In this document: positions 19,659 to 29,782 of the stretch, piece by piece
How positions within the stretch are numbered: the stretch's first letter is position 1
How the letters are laid out: each line of letters begins with the position of its first letter
From: Bacillota bacterium
GTDB taxonomy: Bacteria > Bacillota > Clostridia > Lachnospirales > Lachnospiraceae
DNA length: 64,000 bases
Direction: 5' to 3'
Assembly: GCA_023415635.1 (NCBI GenBank)
Contig: JAEZJV010000086.1
Location: 24,195 to 88,194 of the forward strand
Notes under the pieces: generated by a model
Databases searched by the model: none
Told to the model about the DNA's origin: nothing
What the model saw: only the letters and a program-made list of their open reading frames with translations
Made by a program: the position numbers and the translations under genes

Positions 19659-19961
19659 TTGTCAGAAATATTCCTGCTCTATATAGCTATTGTTGTTGCT
19701 TTCTTTTTACTCGGAATTATGATCGGTTATATCGCAAATCCTAGAAGAAAACTTAAAAAAATAAAGGAAAAACCACTATCAGAAACAGTTAAGGACAAAC
19801 CTGAGGAAAGACAGGCACTCGGACAGGAAATAAATGATAACGCGCCGAAGCTGCAGAACAATCAATATCCGAATGAACAAAGATACGGCTACTATAATTA
19901 TAACAATTTTGGTAACAGCTTTTATGATCAAAATGGAAGGAACAGACCCGGTCCGAGGTAA
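19659..19961 (+). CDS. Small membrane protein with a Tyr/Asn/Gln-rich tail
   Basis: TTG start after AAGGGAG; N-terminal TM, basic patch, low-complexity C-terminus; terminator downstream. Confidence 0.65.
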   Translation: MSEIFLLYIAIVVAFFLLGIMIGYIANPRRKLKKIKEKPLSETVKDKPEERQALGQEINDNAPKLQNNQYPNEQRYGYYNYNNFGNSFYDQNGRNRPGPR

Positions 19962-19992
19962 AAAGACCTTGACATAAAGGTGATAGAACAAA

Positions 19993-20019
19993 AAGGGCTA
20001 GCTATTATGCTAGTCCCTT
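19993..20019. terminator. Probable bidirectional terminator
   Basis: AAGGGCTAGC-TATTAT-GCTAGTCCCTT between convergent genes. Confidence 0.7.
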
Positions 20020-20026
20020 CTCTTTC

Positions 20027-20653
20027 TTAATGATAACTATCCAGAAATTCCTGAAGCTTATTCATATACTTGCCTACATGAACACCATCTGTCAGGGCAT
20101 GATTTACCTGAACAGAATAGGGTAATAAAACCCGGTCTCCCTGTCGGTAATATTTCCCCCAGGAGATACGTGGAACCGCATCATCCTTTCGCATGTTAAT
20201 GGTATGGGATAAATGGGTAAAGGAAATCCAAGGGATACAAGTAATATAAATCAGATCATCCCGCATCATTTCTTCAAAAGGAAGATATTTCTTCTGCTGA
20301 TCGGATTTATCCTTGGCCTTCTTCACGAAATCTTCCATCGTAGCTTCCAGCTCCACCGTAACGAATTTAAATAGCTCCGAGCCCTTAGCTAGATCAGTAA
20401 AGGAAGGGTGCAGTACGTCATAAACCACTACTTCCTTCCCGTGAATCCGGTATCTGAATTCCTCTACCTCATTGGCAGCAGCCATAGCTGCATAAATCAT
20501 AGCATAGTAGAAGGGTAGCTGTTTCGCCTTCGTCTTTTCCAAAAAATTCGTAATGTCCACATCCATACAAATATTAAACTGTGGATAGTCCATTGCATGA
20601 AAAAAATTATAATGCTCTGCACGTTCCCAAGAAGCCATATCAATAGTTTTCAT
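20027..20653 (-). CDS. cat: Chloramphenicol acetyltransferase (type A) family O-acetyltransferase
   Basis: W.R.EH..FF N-terminus, TCIPWISFT, PRISWGKY, QVNHALTDGVH catalytic motif; AAGGAGG RBS. Confidence 0.85.
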   Translation of the reverse strand: MKTIDMASWERAEHYNFFHAMDYPQFNICMDVDITNFLEKTKAKQLPFYYAMIYAAMAAANEVEEFRYRIHGKEVVVYDVLHPSFTDLAKGSELFKFVTVELEATMEDFVKKAKDKSDQQKKYLPFEEMMRDDLIYITCIPWISFTHLSHTINMRKDDAVPRISWGKYYRQGDRVLLPYSVQVNHALTDGVHVGKYMNKLQEFLDSYH

Positions 20654-20848
20654 ATTACCTCCTTCTAGCCCCTGCATATCCTCCGAGGCGCTGTGTGTTT
20701 TTTACTCTTCTTTCTGGATCTTTTATGCCGAATATCTCCTGCAGGAGAGGAATGTCGTTAAATCAGGTCTGAAATAGGTATGCATAACAGGCCTTACCTA
20801 CGATGCCGCCGTATATCATTAGATTTTATGTAACAGATATTTTGATCC

Positions 20849-21178
20849 TTAATCAACGATAAAAAGAAGTGCTCCTGTATCGGTTCTTGACCGGTGTGGT
20901 GCAGTATCATCCGCTACCTGGTAACTGTATCCCGGTTTTAAGACAAATTCCCGTCCATCCTCTAATTCCGTAACTAATTCGCCGTCCAGCACAAAGAGAA
21001 CGTGCCCTTTGGCACACCAATGATCTGCTTTATATCCCGGTGTATATTCGACGATACGTACTCTGATATTTCCCTCCTGAAAGGTATGCCAGCGTGCTTC
21101 TCCCGTAATCCCGGGATGGATGGAAGGCTCTATGTCATTCCAATTTGTTGTGCAAAAAGGTACATTTTGAATCGTCAA
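20849..21178 (-). CDS. DHCW-motif cupin-fold protein
   Basis: HPGITGEARW, RIVEYTPGYKADHWCAKGH, SYQVADD..PHRS; TTG start after AGGGGG. Confidence 0.85.
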   Translation of the reverse strand: MTIQNVPFCTTNWNDIEPSIHPGITGEARWHTFQEGNIRVRIVEYTPGYKADHWCAKGHVLFVLDGELVTELEDGREFVLKPGYSYQVADDTAPHRSRTDTGALLFIVD

Positions 21179-21365
21179 CTGTCTTCCCCCTAATAATGAA
21201 CTATTACCCCGGTTTACAACCCGCTTGACACATATCATAGCACAAGAGGAATCTAAAATATAGTACCATAAAAAAATTTGTTAATTATGCCAATTTATTC
21301 CATGGACAAAATATCCTCCATAGTTTATTTTTTACTTAGTATAATTAAATTGGGGGCTAAACACT

Positions 21366-22301
21366 ATGATAAATTTATCGGAAGAACCTCGGATTCGCAG
21401 GATGGACTATATTACTAAAGAGGAATACGAAGAGATTAACCGACTATGCAAGCTCTGCTGCGAACAGGATAAGATAAACCTGAAGCTGGAACTGGATTAT
21501 AAGCTGCATCTGGCATCTCTCAAAGAGCTGAATACAGCCAAGGTCTCCTCTGACCTAAACGAATTTTTGTATTATACTGGCGAGAAGCTGGTATCTTATC
21601 TTGGAATCAGCTGTTTCGATGGTATAACAGGAGAAATAACAGGTATGACACATCCGGCCTTTAGAGGACAGGGCCTCTTTACACGACTATTGGCGCTTGC
21701 AAGAAAAGAATGTGAGCACCGTTCCTTTCGTAAACTTTTGCTTCTGACAGACGGCAACTCGGAAACCGGAGTGAATTTCACAAAAGCTGCAGGTTTCGCA
21801 TACGAGCATTCCGAGTATCGTATGAAGCGGCTGTCGGCTCAGTCTGATCTCCCTATCGGAGCTTCTGCTGTTACCCTTCGCCCGGCATACAGGGAGGATG
21901 AACCGGAGATTGCAATGATGAACTCCCTTTTCTTTGATGATGCCATACTTGATGCTAATACCGGTGATCCTGTCATAAAAGCCCTTGCAGATGATCCCGA
22001 GAACTTTAAAACCTATATGGTGGAGCTTGCGGATGTATGCATCGGAAAGATTAACGTGGAGTTCTCTGAGGACTATGCCTTTATCTGCGGCTTCGGTATT
22101 CGGCCTGAGTTTCGCGGTAATGGCTATGGACGAGCAGCTTTGAATTCCACTCTAAGAATAATCGAAGACCAGCATATCAGGACAACGGAGCTCGACGTCG
22201 TCTGTACCAATAAAAGAGCCCTGCTCCTCTATCAATCCTGTGGTTTTCATGAGATAAGCATTATGAACTATTACTCTCTGCCTTCTTTAGCAGATAACTG
22301 A
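21366..22301 (+). CDS. Tandem-domain GNAT acetyltransferase
   Basis: Two acetyl-CoA motifs (HPAFRGQG, RPEFRGNGYG), N..A..LY..CGF. Confidence 0.88.
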   Translation: MINLSEEPRIRRMDYITKEEYEEINRLCKLCCEQDKINLKLELDYKLHLASLKELNTAKVSSDLNEFLYYTGEKLVSYLGISCFDGITGEITGMTHPAFRGQGLFTRLLALARKECEHRSFRKLLLLTDGNSETGVNFTKAAGFAYEHSEYRMKRLSAQSDLPIGASAVTLRPAYREDEPEIAMMNSLFFDDAILDANTGDPVIKALADDPENFKTYMVELADVCIGKINVEFSEDYAFICGFGIRPEFRGNGYGRAALNSTLRIIEDQHIRTTELDVVCTNKRALLLYQSCGFHEISIMNYYSLPSLADN

Positions 22302-22341
22302 CCCTCTAGACTGAGCTTGTTGTTGTAAAAGGTTTTTAAAA

Positions 22342-22379
22342 AGCTTAAGGTAAGGATGCTGCAATCCTTACCTTAAGCT
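22342..22379. terminator. Probable bidirectional terminator
   Basis: AGCTTAAGGTAAGGAT-GCTGCA-ATCCTTACCTTAAGCT, 16-bp perfect stem between convergent genes. Confidence 0.75.
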
Positions 22380-22401
22380 GATCCATGTGTTTACAATTCC
22401 T

Positions 22402-23703
22402 TTAATTTCCTGCAACAGTACAGTTCATAATCTTCACCATCTGAGGTCCTTCAAAATTATTATCCTTCTGACGCTCCTTTGACAGATAAAGCTCCCGGTG
22501 AAGCTCATTGATATTACCGGTAATGGAACCTCCTGTCACCGGGATTATTTTCTCTCCATCATCGTACCAGGCAAGACGGATCTCCCCTCCAAAATCTCCA
22601 GTAACGTCATCCATAGTAAAATCAGAAAAGGCTGCTACCATAAGATGCGGTTCTGCTTGTAGCTCTTTTGCAGTTCTGCTTCCCTCAGCAACGACCATAT
22701 TGGCTATCGAGCCCGTTGTCTCCACCCCCAGATAATACGAATATCTTCTATCTGATGAATACTGCTTCAGTACACCCTCTTCAATAATTCTGACCGGTGC
22801 GAGTGCAAAGCCGTCCTCATCAAAAACCGCTGAGGAGGTAGAATTATGAATGAAGGGATCCAGGGTAATTGTAATCCGATCCCCTTTTATCTTCTCCCCT
22901 TGGAGCAGGTCACCTATCTTCCATGTAGAATATTGATTATATACAGAGGATGCTTTACTCATAAAACAATAATAGGAGAAGAGCTCCTTCACTGCACTTC
23001 GGGTGAAAATGACAGGAAAGGTCTTCAGGGCGGGTGTGGGCTGTGCAATCGCCTTTTCCCGACAGATTGTTATCATGCTCTTTACCTCCGAAGCCAGAAG
23101 CTCAGCATCAAAATCGGAGCAATTGATACATCGATATAGCTCTATTTCCTCTCCCTCTTCCTTCCAGGTAGTGATAAATTCTACCATACATTGATAATTT
23201 ATAGAGCTTACATCCACACCTTCAGAATTTACTACTCTCGTCTTTATCTTTTCGAGAAAAATCTCACAGGAGTTAATACCGCCTTTATCATAAATATCAT
23301 TTTTATATACAGCTTTCGTAATCTCATTCATCCAATAGGAGAAGCTTTCCTTGGCAAATTTACTTTCCGGCGGCTCTCGGAATGTATCCACTGGTTTTAC
23401 CAACGGATAATACGGATTTTTCACATAACGTGCCGCAAAGGCTGCCTCTTCAATTGCCCTTTTCATCTCCTGAACTGTCATAGTTGGATGTAGGAAGGTT
23501 GAGGAGGAACCGGTAAGCTTCTTGCTGTTCTCTTCAAAATTAATGTAAACGGTTACTTTATAATGAAGTACATCCTTTGCCCGATCCATATCTACATTCT
23601 TCTTCACAAAGAACAACTCGTTGGAATGAATTCTTGTCTCACATATCTTATATCCGGTAATATCTTTCTGTTCTAATATCAGCTTTTGAATCTGCTCCAG
23701 CAT
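22402..23703 (-). CDS. PmbA/TldE-like non-catalytic metalloprotease subunit
   Basis: VVNSEG, FDEDG, IIEEGVL, TGDFGGE, VTGGSITGN; no HExxxH; translationally coupled to tldD. Confidence 0.85.
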   Translation of the reverse strand: MLEQIQKLILEQKDITGYKICETRIHSNELFFVKKNVDMDRAKDVLHYKVTVYINFEENSKKLTGSSSTFLHPTMTVQEMKRAIEEAAFAARYVKNPYYPLVKPVDTFREPPESKFAKESFSYWMNEITKAVYKNDIYDKGGINSCEIFLEKIKTRVVNSEGVDVSSINYQCMVEFITTWKEEGEEIELYRCINCSDFDAELLASEVKSMITICREKAIAQPTPALKTFPVIFTRSAVKELFSYYCFMSKASSVYNQYSTWKIGDLLQGEKIKGDRITITLDPFIHNSTSSAVFDEDGFALAPVRIIEEGVLKQYSSDRRYSYYLGVETTGSIANMVVAEGSRTAKELQAEPHLMVAAFSDFTMDDVTGDFGGEIRLAWYDDGEKIIPVTGGSITGNINELHRELYLSKERQKDNNFEGPQMVKIMNCTVAGN

Positions 23704-25118
23704 TATCCCAACCTCACTTTCGCTTTAATATAGGGGCCACCATTGGATGTCTTAACATATTCCTTATAGCCTTTACCACAATAGCCGGTACCTGACAACT
23801 TAACCTCTCCTGTAACCATGGACATTGACTTTAGGAGATCAGGGACAAAGCCCGTCATAAGGACCGGAGCAATGAGCTTCCCTGTAAACTTACCGTCGAT
23901 AATCTCCCTACCGAGGATGGCGATACACTGAATTCCCCAATTCTTCGGATCTTCCATACCGCTGTATAACCCTTCAATCTGGTATCCATATTTGATTGAA
24001 GCCAGCATATCCTCGTAGGTATCCTTTCCCGGTGCAAAGAAGGTGTTCGTCATTCTGGAATAGGCCTTACGTTCAAAAGACTGTCTTTTACCGTTACCTG
24101 TAGGTACTGTGCCAAGGCTCAATGCGGACAGAAGATCAGAAATTCCGCTCTGCAGCACTCCATTCTGAATAATCAAGGTATCCGTTCCCAGTGTCCCTTC
24201 ATCATCAAAAAGGTAAGAGGATACGTGTTCGACAGCCGCAGCTCCGTCATGCATGGAAATGATTGGAGAAGCCACCTGCTTACCGATATATTCTGCGCCC
24301 TTCGCCCTGTTTTTCACAAACATATCCATCTCAACTCCATGTCCGAAGGCTTCATGAGCGATGAGACCTGAAATATAAGGTGTACAGATGACATCATACT
24401 CACCCGGTGCCACAGGCTTCGCATCCAATAGCTTAATGCAGTCCTCTGCACAAAGACGCCCTTCCTTACCCAGCTCCTGTAAAAGCTCATAGCCGATCAT
24501 TCCAGAAAGGGAACGGTAATTAAATCTTGACGTATCTCCTCTGCGTGCTGTACAGCCCACAATGGCCTCACTGTTCGTATAGGATTGCTCCAAGTCCTTT
24601 TTGCCTGATAGAAATATCTTGGATATATGATAATAATTATACGTTGCACGAAAATTTACAATGAATTCGGATAGGGAGCACGCCGTATCCTTAATCTCAG
24701 TCAGCATCTGAATAATCGTCTCAGGGCTAACTGTCTCGGGATTGATCTCATATTCACTGAAAAACTGCTTTGTTATGTTATCTTCCTCTACAATGCCATA
24801 AGTATTGACAGAAACATCAGGAGAGAGTTTATGCAACTCATTCCGTACCTCGTCCATGATCTCGGGAATTTTACTCTCACTGATCTCATTAAAGGAATAC
24901 TCTGAGTAATTTACCCCATTATGTATCCGAAGGACGAAGCCCCGCTCCGCAAACATGGAATCATAGATCTCAGTTCCTTTGTTGGATACCACAAAATTCT
25001 TAACCTTTGTATCTGTTCCAAGAATTGATACATATTCATATTCGGCAGAAAGCAATTCAACTAATTTTTTAAGTAAAGGCTTACTACCGGATAAAAATTC
25101 TGATTTAAATATTTTCAC
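23703..25118 (-). CDS. tldD: TldD metalloprotease
   Basis: HEAFGHG (HExxxH), FDDEG, TGNGKR, RMTNTF, C-terminal CGKG; GTG start with GGAGG. Confidence 0.9.
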   Translation of the reverse strand: MKIFKSEFLSGSKPLLKKLVELLSAEYEYVSILGTDTKVKNFVVSNKGTEIYDSMFAERGFVLRIHNGVNYSEYSFNEISESKIPEIMDEVRNELHKLSPDVSVNTYGIVEEDNITKQFFSEYEINPETVSPETIIQMLTEIKDTACSLSEFIVNFRATYNYYHISKIFLSGKKDLEQSYTNSEAIVGCTARRGDTSRFNYRSLSGMIGYELLQELGKEGRLCAEDCIKLLDAKPVAPGEYDVICTPYISGLIAHEAFGHGVEMDMFVKNRAKGAEYIGKQVASPIISMHDGAAAVEHVSSYLFDDEGTLGTDTLIIQNGVLQSGISDLLSALSLGTVPTGNGKRQSFERKAYSRMTNTFFAPGKDTYEDMLASIKYGYQIEGLYSGMEDPKNWGIQCIAILGREIIDGKFTGKLIAPVLMTGFVPDLLKSMSMVTGEVKLSGTGYCGKGYKEYVKTSNGGPYIKAKVRLG

Positions 25119-25220
25119 TATACTACCTCCTTACAAGTACTATTTTGTTATATTTACAGGTCATTAATTTCCAGGCTTTACTATTATACATCATATACTC
25201 CCGAAAAAAAAGTAAAGAAT

Positions 25221-25255
25221 AGGACATAACACGGACAGAGCTCCGGTTATGTCCT
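25221..25255 (-). terminator. Probable intrinsic terminator
   Basis: AGGACATAAC...GTTATGTCCT stem, T-rich tail on the minus strand. Confidence 0.65.
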
Positions 25256-25267
25256 GCTTTCAATCGT

Positions 25268-27640
25268 TTATTTCGTCTTCAATCTATCTATAATGACAGT
25301 ATAGATCTGTGTATCCTCACCGTTTTCAGCTGTAACCTTGATATATGCCTGGTTCGTTCCAACCTTTAGTGCCAGCTTTCCACCCTTAAGCTCTCTGGTA
25401 CAGGCACGATTGCTATAAAGCTTCCAAACTGCTCCTTCATCAACCTGCAATTTAAAGGTCACACTGGACACCGGCTGCTTCACTGTTAGGAAATATTTTG
25501 TCCCCTTCCTTTTCACTCCTTCCGGAGACTTTATCTTGTATACCCAACAATCGGAGGAGCGGTTATCCTCCGTCTGCAGGATTGCAAGCGTCCCAAATCG
25601 GTTAAGGTTATAGCTAATTCCCACTCCATCACCATACTTAACCAGCTCTCCCTTCATCAACAAGGTATCTGCTTCGCTATGCTCCACATATAAATCAAGC
25701 TTTGACAAGAGGCTGTCTTTCTCTTCCTCAGACACCGGAAGCTCGATTTCAGATATCGGTAAGGTGATCAATACCTGTGTGGAGGGAACATTCGTATTTA
25801 TGTTGATCGGTATACCAAGGGTTGATACCTTCACCCTAGAGTAATTTCCTAAGCCCATACTGTTTTTTGCTCTCTTGGCTAGATCTTCCTTTCGAGCTAC
25901 CGGCCTGATTTCAAAATAAATCCCATCCTCCGATTCCCTACTAATCTCGAGTAGCGAGGTTCCTGATATCATTAGCTTTACTTCACCTGTCTCAAGGTAT
26001 AGCTTGCCAACCCTCTCCGAAAGTGCCTTTATTGTTTCCTTGGGGAGCTCTATCCTGGTTATAACAGTCTCATTGGGCTTGTTATTCAGGATAATGCTCA
26101 ATTCATATTTTCCCTTATAAATAAGCAATTCGGTTAGAAGCTTCGCAGTACCTTCATCCAGGCTGATGGTTTCAATAATCGTATTGTCGCTGTTGAAGGA
26201 GCGCTTTACCCCAATATGGGTTGCTGCAATATTCATATCAAGATCCGCAATATAAACACTTGCTGATGAGGGCAGGTAAATCCATTTTTCAGAAGGTGTG
26301 CCTGCCGGAACCGGGGAACTGCTGGGAGAATTCATCTGATAGGGGGTTGCACTAACCTCGGCGGAGATATTTTTTCTTATCCCACTGCCCATTGCTCTTA
26401 CCGTAAAATAATAGACAGAACCATTAGGGAAAGAGCTGATCAGCATACTGGAGGAAGTGGTTGACGCTATCGGTGTCAGTATAGAGTCAAATGCTGTTCT
26501 CGTGTAGATCTGATACTCGGTTGCACCTGATACAGGGCTCCAGAATACAGTAACACCCTGCTCTCCAGCAGTAGCACCTACTCCGATCGGAGCATCAAAG
26601 GAATAAAAACTATTCAGTACAGGCCATCCGCTGTTCTCATTGGAAATATTAATCCATCTGCTGGTATCCAGCCCCATCATCTTATCTGGAGCAGTGATAG
26701 GCATCGCATTACTGTTACTTTTGCTATTGGCTATCCCATATAATGATACGTTTACCGTACCTTTCTGTAAGAAGTAATTATTCTGTAGTACACCTTCATT
26801 CCCATAGCTGTAAGCCACCACTCCGCCACTGGTAGTATTGCTATTATTTTCTACATTACCAATATTATAGCAGTCATTTATGAAAGCTTTATATACTTCA
26901 TTAACGATACCCCCTGCACCTTTAGAAAACTTGCGGATATCTGCCGAATTATAGCAATTTTTAATAAAAGTACTGTTGGCAATATATTCCGCAATACCTC
27001 CTACATACTCTCCCCCCACTAAGCTGCAGCTGTTGTAGCTTTCTTCGATATACGTCGTGTTATCGGCGATACCTACAATGCCACCAATGCGGGCAGAGGA
27101 TCCTAAAGTATTGATTATTCCGTTACCGTTGCTACAATAACGTAGATAAGATTTATCGGATTTCGCTGCAATTCCACCCACGGTTGTATTCACATTCTTA
27201 CTATATATAGACACATTCTCCAGATTGACATTTTCAATTGAAGCATTCTCCAGATTGCCAAACAAGCCTACTAGTGTCAGGGTATTATCGGGTACCCGTG
27301 CAGATCCAATGGTAAGATTTTGTATCTTATAGCCATCTCCATTATAGGTTGCACGAAACGGGTGCATATAATCACCAATGGGAGTCCATTGACCAGTTAG
27401 TGTGATATTTGCGATCTGTTTGAAATATTGCCCGGAGAAATCAAAGCCCATATTTACCAACCGGGACAGTGAGGTTAAGTCAGCCTCTGTCTGAATCAGG
27501 AAGGGATCATCAATTGTCCCCTGCTCTTCAAAAGGTATACTCGCATATACGGTATCTGTATAGGGTAACAGCCAGAATAAGCACAAACTCAGCAGACCCA
27601 TCATAAGTTTAATTTTTCTTCGCGAAACAAAGTCTTTCAT
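25268..27640 (-). CDS. Secreted surface protein: GLUG/beta-helix repeats, FN3, C-terminal cadherin-like beta sandwich
   Basis: Signal peptide; GT.DDPFLI.T, WTPIG, GLFG, repeated VGGI; W.PV.GA..Y.IY...YYFTVRA (FN3); C-terminal IKVTAENG..Q.YTV. Confidence 0.75.
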   Translation of the reverse strand: MKDFVSRRKIKLMMGLLSLCLFWLLPYTDTVYASIPFEEQGTIDDPFLIQTEADLTSLSRLVNMGFDFSGQYFKQIANITLTGQWTPIGDYMHPFRATYNGDGYKIQNLTIGSARVPDNTLTLVGLFGNLENASIENVNLENVSIYSKNVNTTVGGIAAKSDKSYLRYCSNGNGIINTLGSSARIGGIVGIADNTTYIEESYNSCSLVGGEYVGGIAEYIANSTFIKNCYNSADIRKFSKGAGGIVNEVYKAFINDCYNIGNVENNSNTTSGGVVAYSYGNEGVLQNNYFLQKGTVNVSLYGIANSKSNSNAMPITAPDKMMGLDTSRWINISNENSGWPVLNSFYSFDAPIGVGATAGEQGVTVFWSPVSGATEYQIYTRTAFDSILTPIASTTSSSMLISSFPNGSVYYFTVRAMGSGIRKNISAEVSATPYQMNSPSSSPVPAGTPSEKWIYLPSSASVYIADLDMNIAATHIGVKRSFNSDNTIIETISLDEGTAKLLTELLIYKGKYELSIILNNKPNETVITRIELPKETIKALSERVGKLYLETGEVKLMISGTSLLEISRESEDGIYFEIRPVARKEDLAKRAKNSMGLGNYSRVKVSTLGIPININTNVPSTQVLITLPISEIELPVSEEEKDSLLSKLDLYVEHSEADTLLMKGELVKYGDGVGISYNLNRFGTLAILQTEDNRSSDCWVYKIKSPEGVKRKGTKYFLTVKQPVSSVTFKLQVDEGAVWKLYSNRACTRELKGGKLALKVGTNQAYIKVTAENGEDTQIYTVIIDRLKTK

Positions 27641-27813
27641 TATAAATCATACTCCTCCGGTTAATATCACTCTGCTTGTGTCCTTTTAGTTCCATCTGCT
27701 ACAGTATAACATATTATACAGATTATGTTAATGTATAATAGAAAAGAAACAACAAAAGTATTCTCTGCTTTTGCTGTTTCTTTCTATACTGAATTATGGC
27801 CTCTTCTTACTAA

Positions 27814-28530
27814 TCAGATTTGGTTTAGATATTCGAAGTCATTTTTTAAGGCTTCCCATACCGGTTTATCATACTCCTCGTGTTCAAGTATAAAATAAGT
27901 CGCATACCGTGCTGCTTCCTTAATTCTTCTCATATCCAGTATACCATCTGCCACGTCCACATTAGCTTTATTTGCATCGATCTGCTTAATATGGATCAGC
28001 TCCACACGTTTGCCCCATTTCTCAATATATTCCACCGGATTAATTCCGGCATAAGCTGCCCAGAATACATCCAGCTCGAGAACCACCTGATCACTTGTCT
28101 TCTCAGCCAGCCAATCCAGTGCATACTTACCATCAAGCATCGCAAATTCATGGTCGTGGTTGTGATAGCCTACCTTGATGCCTTCCTTCGAAGCTCGTTC
28201 TGCTGCTTTATTCAATACCCCGGCAAGATGATCCAATTCCTCCATGGTATCCACCTTAGCCCAGGGGCAGATTATATATTTGGAACCGATCGCTTTACTG
28301 TAGCTAAGCTCTTCCTCAAAATGCTCTTCAAAGGTCTGAAGTCCTGTGTGGGAACCTACTGAATATAATCCGCTTTCAGCCAATAGCTTCATCTGTTCTC
28401 CTGTGCTCAATCCTCCATAGCCTGCAAATTCCACCCCTTGAAAGCCAATTTCAGCAACCTTCTTAACTGAACCGATGTAATCCTTGGCAGTCTCTTCATG
28501 AATGGAATATAACTGTAATGATATCTCCAT
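27814..28530 (-). CDS. Sugar-phosphate isomerase/epimerase (xylose-isomerase-like TIM barrel)
   Basis: LQLYSI, GVEFAG, GYHNHDHEF, ELDVFW, IHIK, ILEHE. Confidence 0.9.
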   Translation of the reverse strand: MEISLQLYSIHEETAKDYIGSVKKVAEIGFQGVEFAGYGGLSTGEQMKLLAESGLYSVGSHTGLQTFEEHFEEELSYSKAIGSKYIICPWAKVDTMEELDHLAGVLNKAAERASKEGIKVGYHNHDHEFAMLDGKYALDWLAEKTSDQVVLELDVFWAAYAGINPVEYIEKWGKRVELIHIKQIDANKANVDVADGILDMRRIKEAARYATYFILEHEEYDKPVWEALKNDFEYLNQI

Positions 28531-28557
28531 ATAATCCTCCGTCTCTCAATTACCCTA

Positions 28558-29640
28558 TCAATCAAAGTAAACCGGTTGTCCCGTAGCGGCTGATTTATAG
28601 ATTGCTTCCAGTATTTCAGAAACCACACAGGCCTGCTCGGGTTTTACTACTGGTTCCGTATCATTCTTAATGCAATCTATCCAGCGTCTTGCCTCTACCA
28701 ATGCAGGGTCACTGGAAAATCCCTCATAGAAGGCAACCCCACCGCTGGAAAGGTCCGGCTTAATTTCAATCAAACGGTTGAACTCACCCTTGTTTATGGT
28801 CACTCCATTCTTAATCTGTGCACCCGCGTCGCTTCCGCAAAGTACAGTACTTCCTTCCTGAATCGGCTCTATGGTATTGAGTGCCCAGCTAGCTTCCAGA
28901 ATGATGGTTGCTCCATTCTTCATAACAATAAAGCCAAAGGCGGAATCCTCCATAGTGTGCTGCTCCGTATCCCAGCCGCCCCATGGATTACCGCAATCTG
29001 CATGATTGACCTTCTTATATTTTGTTCCAACAACCATCCTTGGCTCATAATTGTTCATGAGGTAAAGCGTTATATCCAAGGAATGAGTCCCGATATCGAT
29101 CAGAGGTCCTCCTCCCTGTTCAAATTCATTTAAGAAGACACCCCAGTTCGGTGTTCCTCTTCTTCTGACAGCAAAGGCCTTTGCAAAATAGATATCTCCC
29201 AGGTCACCGCGTTCAATTACGTTCTTAAGATAGATTGCCTCAGGTTTATGTCTGTGCTGATATCCGATGGTAAGCTTCTTACCCGTATCCTTAGCTGCAG
29301 CTACCATCCTTCTTGCATCCTCTGCTGATTTTGCCATTGGTTTTTCACACATAACGTGTTTCCCTGCATACAGGGCATCAATTGTAATCGGAGCATGGGA
29401 GCGGTTCGGTGTTAATATATGAACTACGTCAATTTCCTTATCCTTAAGAAGCTCCTGATAGTCCGTATAAATCTTTGCATCCGGAGTACCATACTGCTCT
29501 TTCGCTTTTTCTGCCCTCTCCGATACAATATCACAGAAGGCTACCAGCTCAACATCATCGAGCTTACTGAGGGAGGGCAGATGTTTCCCGTTCGCGATGC
29601 CTCCACAACCAATAATACCGATTTTTAACTTCTTCTCCAT
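28558..29640 (-). CDS. Gfo/Idh/MocA NAD(P)-dependent oxidoreductase
   Basis: GIIGCGGIA, CEKPMA, GGGPLIDIGTH. Confidence 0.93.
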   Translation of the reverse strand: MEKKLKIGIIGCGGIANGKHLPSLSKLDDVELVAFCDIVSERAEKAKEQYGTPDAKIYTDYQELLKDKEIDVVHILTPNRSHAPITIDALYAGKHVMCEKPMAKSAEDARRMVAAAKDTGKKLTIGYQHRHKPEAIYLKNVIERGDLGDIYFAKAFAVRRRGTPNWGVFLNEFEQGGGPLIDIGTHSLDITLYLMNNYEPRMVVGTKYKKVNHADCGNPWGGWDTEQHTMEDSAFGFIVMKNGATIILEASWALNTIEPIQEGSTVLCGSDAGAQIKNGVTINKGEFNRLIEIKPDLSSGGVAFYEGFSSDPALVEARRWIDCIKNDTEPVVKPEQACVVSEILEAIYKSAATGQPVYFD

Positions 29641-29782
29641 AAGTCTAATCTCCTTTACCAGATAATAATTGCAGCAACCAGCTTATTATGAAACTCCCAT
29701 ACAAAACATAGCATAAAAACCTGTCCTGTGATATAATACATTTACAAAAAAATATTAAAAATTTGTCCTTGGAGGTGATCTC

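Noticed and set aside
20654..20848. Translational attenuator for cat
   Set aside because: A short upstream ORF (MIYGGIVG...) has no RBS or known stall sequence, and I saw no convincing hairpin over the cat RBS.
16935..25118. 63-aa Ser/Cys/Thr peptide as a RiPP precursor processed by TldD/PmbA
   Set aside because: No YcaO, radical SAM, lanthionine synthetase or exporter nearby; the genes are over 5 kb apart and unlinked.
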